NCBI GenBank assembly: GCA_017443595.1 | Contig: JAFSYU010000026.1 | Span: 1,701 to 25,700 of the forward strand | Reading direction: 5' to 3' | Source: Clostridia bacterium | GTDB lineage: Bacteria; Bacillota; Clostridia; Oscillospirales; CAG-272 | DNA: 24,000 nucleotides | Shown here: piece after piece, positions 21,159 to 24,000 of the stretch | How the letters are laid out: each line of letters starts with the position of its first letter | How positions within the stretch are numbered: position 1 is the stretch's first letter | Notes under the pieces: generated by a model | The model's database searches: none | What the model saw: the letters and a program-made list of their open reading frames with translations, nothing else | Told to the model about the DNA's origin: nothing | Translations under genes and position numbers: made by a program

Positions 21159-22835
21159 ATGTCCGATTGCCTGACGTTCAAGAAGTCAAACTGCAAAAAC
21201 TGTTATAAATGCATTCGCCACTGCCCGGTAAAATCAATAAGATTTTCCGGCAACCAGGCTCATATCATAAACAACGAATGCATACTCTGCGGTCACTGCT
21301 TCGTCGTATGTCCGCAGAACGCCAAACAAATAACGGATGAGACGGAAAAAGTCAAAGTGCTTATGAGCAGCGGCGATCCCGTTTACGCAAGCCTTGCCCC
21401 GTCGTTTATCGCAAATTTTGACGGTATAGGCATAAACGGAATGAGAGCTGCGCTTAAAAAGCTCGGCTTTGCCGGCGTGGAGGAGACCGCGCTCGGCGCA
21501 TCCGCGGTAAAAACGGAATACGAAAGAATGATAGACAGCGGAGAACACGATATAATAATATCATCCTGCTGCCATTCGGTAAATCTGCTTATACAAAAAT
21601 ACTATCCGCACCTTATACCGTATCTTGCCAACACGCTTTCGCCCATGCAGGAAAACTGCCGCGATACAAAAAAGCGCGTACCGAATGCAAAGGTAGTGTT
21701 TATAGGTCCGTGCATAGCCAAAAAGGACGAGGCTCAGCATTACGCCGGCATAGTTGACGCTGTTCTTACGTACGACGAGCTTACAAAATGGCTCAAAGCG
21801 GAAAATATAACGCTTATACCGGATATGGACGATACGGAAAAGAGCCGCGCCAGACTTTTCCCGACTACGGGCGGCATTTTAAAGACTTTTGCAAAAAGAA
21901 ATCCCGACTATCAGTATATGGCGATAGACGGGGTGGAGAACTGCATAGCGGCGTTAAAGGAAATAGAGGCGGGCAATATACATAAATGCTTTATAGAGAT
22001 GTCCGCGTGCGTGGGAAGCTGCGTGGGCGGACCGGTCATGGAAAAATATCATCCGTCTCCCATTAAGGACTTTGCGGCGGTGTCAAAATACGCCGGCAAA
22101 GAGGATTTTGATATAAAGCAGCCCGATGAGACGGAAATACGCAAGATGTTTGAGCCGATAGACCTTGCAAACAGCACTCCGAGCGAATATGAGATAAAAG
22201 AGATATTAGGCAGAATGGGCAAAACAAAGCCCGAGGATGAGCTCAACTGCGGCTCCTGCGGATACAACACCTGCCGCGAAAAAGCGATCGCCATATATCA
22301 CGGCAAAGCGGAGATATCCATGTGCCTGCCGTATCTTAAAGAAAAAGCGGAGAGCTTTTCCGGCTGTATCGTAAAAAACACGCCTAACGGCATACTCGTT
22401 ACAAACGATCTGCTTGAAGTGCAGGAAATAAACGAATCCGCAATGAGGATATTGAAAGTAAGATCGTGCTCCGATATATTAGGCGAACAGCTTATACGCG
22501 TGCTGGATCCTTCGCCTTTTCTTGAGGTTTTGAAGACAAAGCAGAACATAAAAGACAAAAGAGTTTACCTGGCGGAATACGACAAATACGTTGAGCAGAC
22601 TATAATATACGATAAGAACTACAATCTTATAGTATGTATTTTAAGAGACGTTACGGATGAGGAATCCGAGAGGGAAAAGAAAGAGAGCATAAGCCGGCAG
22701 ACTGTGGAGATAGCGGACAACGTTGTTGACAAGCAGATGCGCATAGTTCAGGAGATAGCGTCGCTTTTGGGTGAGACAGTTGCCGAAACGAAAATAGCGC
22801 TGACAAAGCTGAAGGAGAGTATTTCAAATGAATAA
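21159..22835 (+). CDS. hydS: Sensory-type [FeFe] hydrogenase (HydS-like, group C) with a C-terminal PAS domain
   Basis: N-terminal 2x[4Fe-4S] CKNCYKCIRHCP / CILCGHCFVVCP. Divergent H-cluster motifs SSCCHSV (21561-), GPCIAKKDE (21705-), EMSACVGSCVGGP (21996-). Extra Cx2Cx4Cx16C (22248-22325). PAS-like region ~22356-22658. Glu/Lys-rich helical tail. Confidence 0.88.
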   Translation: MSDCLTFKKSNCKNCYKCIRHCPVKSIRFSGNQAHIINNECILCGHCFVVCPQNAKQITDETEKVKVLMSSGDPVYASLAPSFIANFDGIGINGMRAALKKLGFAGVEETALGASAVKTEYERMIDSGEHDIIISSCCHSVNLLIQKYYPHLIPYLANTLSPMQENCRDTKKRVPNAKVVFIGPCIAKKDEAQHYAGIVDAVLTYDELTKWLKAENITLIPDMDDTEKSRARLFPTTGGILKTFAKRNPDYQYMAIDGVENCIAALKEIEAGNIHKCFIEMSACVGSCVGGPVMEKYHPSPIKDFAAVSKYAGKEDFDIKQPDETEIRKMFEPIDLANSTPSEYEIKEILGRMGKTKPEDELNCGSCGYNTCREKAIAIYHGKAEISMCLPYLKEKAESFSGCIVKNTPNGILVTNDLLEVQEINESAMRILKVRSCSDILGEQLIRVLDPSPFLEVLKTKQNIKDKRVYLAEYDKYVEQTIIYDKNYNLIVCILRDVTDEESEREKKESISRQTVEIADNVVDKQMRIVQEIASLLGETVAETKIALTKLKESISNE

Positions 22836-24000
22836 TCTTTACGCGGACGTCGGTTACAAAAGCATAAACCATTACGGCGAGCAGCTTTGCGGAGACCACG
22901 TGGATATAGTTGAGCACGACGAGGATTCTTACGTCGCCGTGCTTGCCGACGGGCTCGGCAGCGGTGTCAAAGCGAGTATTTTATCAACGCTCACAAGCAA
23001 GATAATATCAACTCTGATAGCCGAGGGTCTGACGCTTTCCGACTGCGTGGAGACTATAGCGCAGACGCTGCCGATCTGCTCCGTGCGCGGCGTGGCTTAT
23101 TCTACCTTTACCATAATGCACGTCGTAAAAAACCGTGAAATAGAACTTATACAGTACGATAACCCGCTGACCGTGCTCATACGCGACGGGAAGAATTACG
23201 ATTATCCCAAAACGGAGCTGAACATAGGCGGCAAAAAAATATACCGCTCGTTCATCCGTTTGCAGGAGGACGACGTTTTTATCGCAATGAGCGACGGATG
23301 CCCGCACGCCGGCATAGGCCTGGAATACAATTTCGGCTGGCGGCGCGAGGAGATAATAGGCTTTATGGAGGCGGCGGTCGCAGGCGGTTATACCGCCAAA
23401 ACGCTTTCTTCGATGCTAATAGACGAGGTCTACAGCCTCTACGGCGGAGAACCGGGAGACGACGCGACCGTCTGCATCATAAAAGCCCGCAAAAGAGCGC
23501 CCGTCAACATCCTTTTCGGTCCGCCGAGAAACAGAGACGACTGCGATAAAATGATGTCGCTGTTCTTTTCAAAAGAGGGCAAGCACATAGTATGCGGCGG
23601 AACTACAGCTTCCATCGCTTCGGAATATTTAAAAAAGCCGCTGCAGACAAGTCTTAATTTTGTGTCGGACGACGTGCCGCCCGTTGCAAAGATAGAAGGC
23701 GTGGATCTTGTTACTGAGGGCGTCATAACCGTAAACAAAGTAGTTGAATATGCAAACGACGTTATAGGAGAAAACAAGCTCTATGAAAAATGGAGCTACG
23801 GTCAGGACGGCGCCTCGCTTATCAGCCGCATTTTGTTTGAGGAAGCGACGGATATAAACTTTTACGTAGGCAGAGCCGTGAATCCGGCTCATCAGAACCC
23901 CGACCTGCCGATAAACTTCAGTATTAAAATGAACCTTGTGGAAGAGCTTTCAAAGGCTCTGCGCCAGATGGGCAAAAAAATAAAGGTCAGTTATTTTTGA
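22828..24000 (+). CDS. SpoIIE/PP2C-family Ser/Thr phosphatase with an unassigned ~165-aa C-terminal domain
   Basis: Overlaps the hydS stop by 8 nt. PP2C metal-binding motifs: CGDHVD, VLADGLGSGVKASI, IAMSDGCPHAG, GDDATVCIIK (aa 1-222). Residues 224-390 (23497-23997) have no motif I recognise. Confidence 0.85.
   Translation: MNNLYADVGYKSINHYGEQLCGDHVDIVEHDEDSYVAVLADGLGSGVKASILSTLTSKIISTLIAEGLTLSDCVETIAQTLPICSVRGVAYSTFTIMHVVKNREIELIQYDNPLTVLIRDGKNYDYPKTELNIGGKKIYRSFIRLQEDDVFIAMSDGCPHAGIGLEYNFGWRREEIIGFMEAAVAGGYTAKTLSSMLIDEVYSLYGGEPGDDATVCIIKARKRAPVNILFGPPRNRDDCDKMMSLFFSKEGKHIVCGGTTASIASEYLKKPLQTSLNFVSDDVPPVAKIEGVDLVTEGVITVNKVVEYANDVIGENKLYEKWSYGQDGASLISRILFEEATDINFYVGRAVNPAHQNPDLPINFSIKMNLVEELSKALRQMGKKIKVSYF

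Overview
The gene content, strong GGAGG-type RBSs and sigma-A-like promoters point to a strictly anaerobic Firmicute (Clostridia); I cannot assign a species. All complete genes are on the + strand. I saw no tRNA, rRNA, CRISPR array, transposase or integrase.

Left to right:
1. A secreted beta-helix-repeat protein on the - strand runs off the left edge. It is preceded by a 44-codon TetR remnant that keeps its promoter and operator.
2. A Y-family DNA polymerase and a YolD-like gene are followed by a two-gene segment (HExxH protein, cyclase/formamidase). That segment is bracketed by a 101-bp, ~95% identical direct repeat, which is a duplicated internal piece of the YolD-like gene.
3. A tightly packed three-gene operon encodes a STAS (SpoIIAA-like) protein, a single-module NRPS with A-T-C architecture, and a type-B carboxylesterase with a C-terminal membrane anchor.
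4. A ~200-bp intergenic array of about nine different short hairpins is punctuated by the heptamer GTGAAAT on its left half and ATTTCAC on its right half.
5. A LysR-family regulator.
6. An uninterrupted 11.3-kb + strand string encodes hydC-hydB-hydA (electron-bifurcating-type [FeFe] hydrogenase), a small thioredoxin-like [2Fe-2S] protein, adhE, an APH/ChoK-fold kinase, two more small [2Fe-2S] paralogues, a sensory-type [FeFe] hydrogenase (HydS-like, with PAS domain), and a SpoIIE/PP2C phosphatase carrying an unassigned C-terminal domain.

The two best candidates for something new are the STAS-NRPS-esterase operon and the fusion of the H2-sensing kinase/phosphatase module with adhE and the bifurcating hydrogenase. 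All function calls rest on motifs read by eye; no database search was possible.
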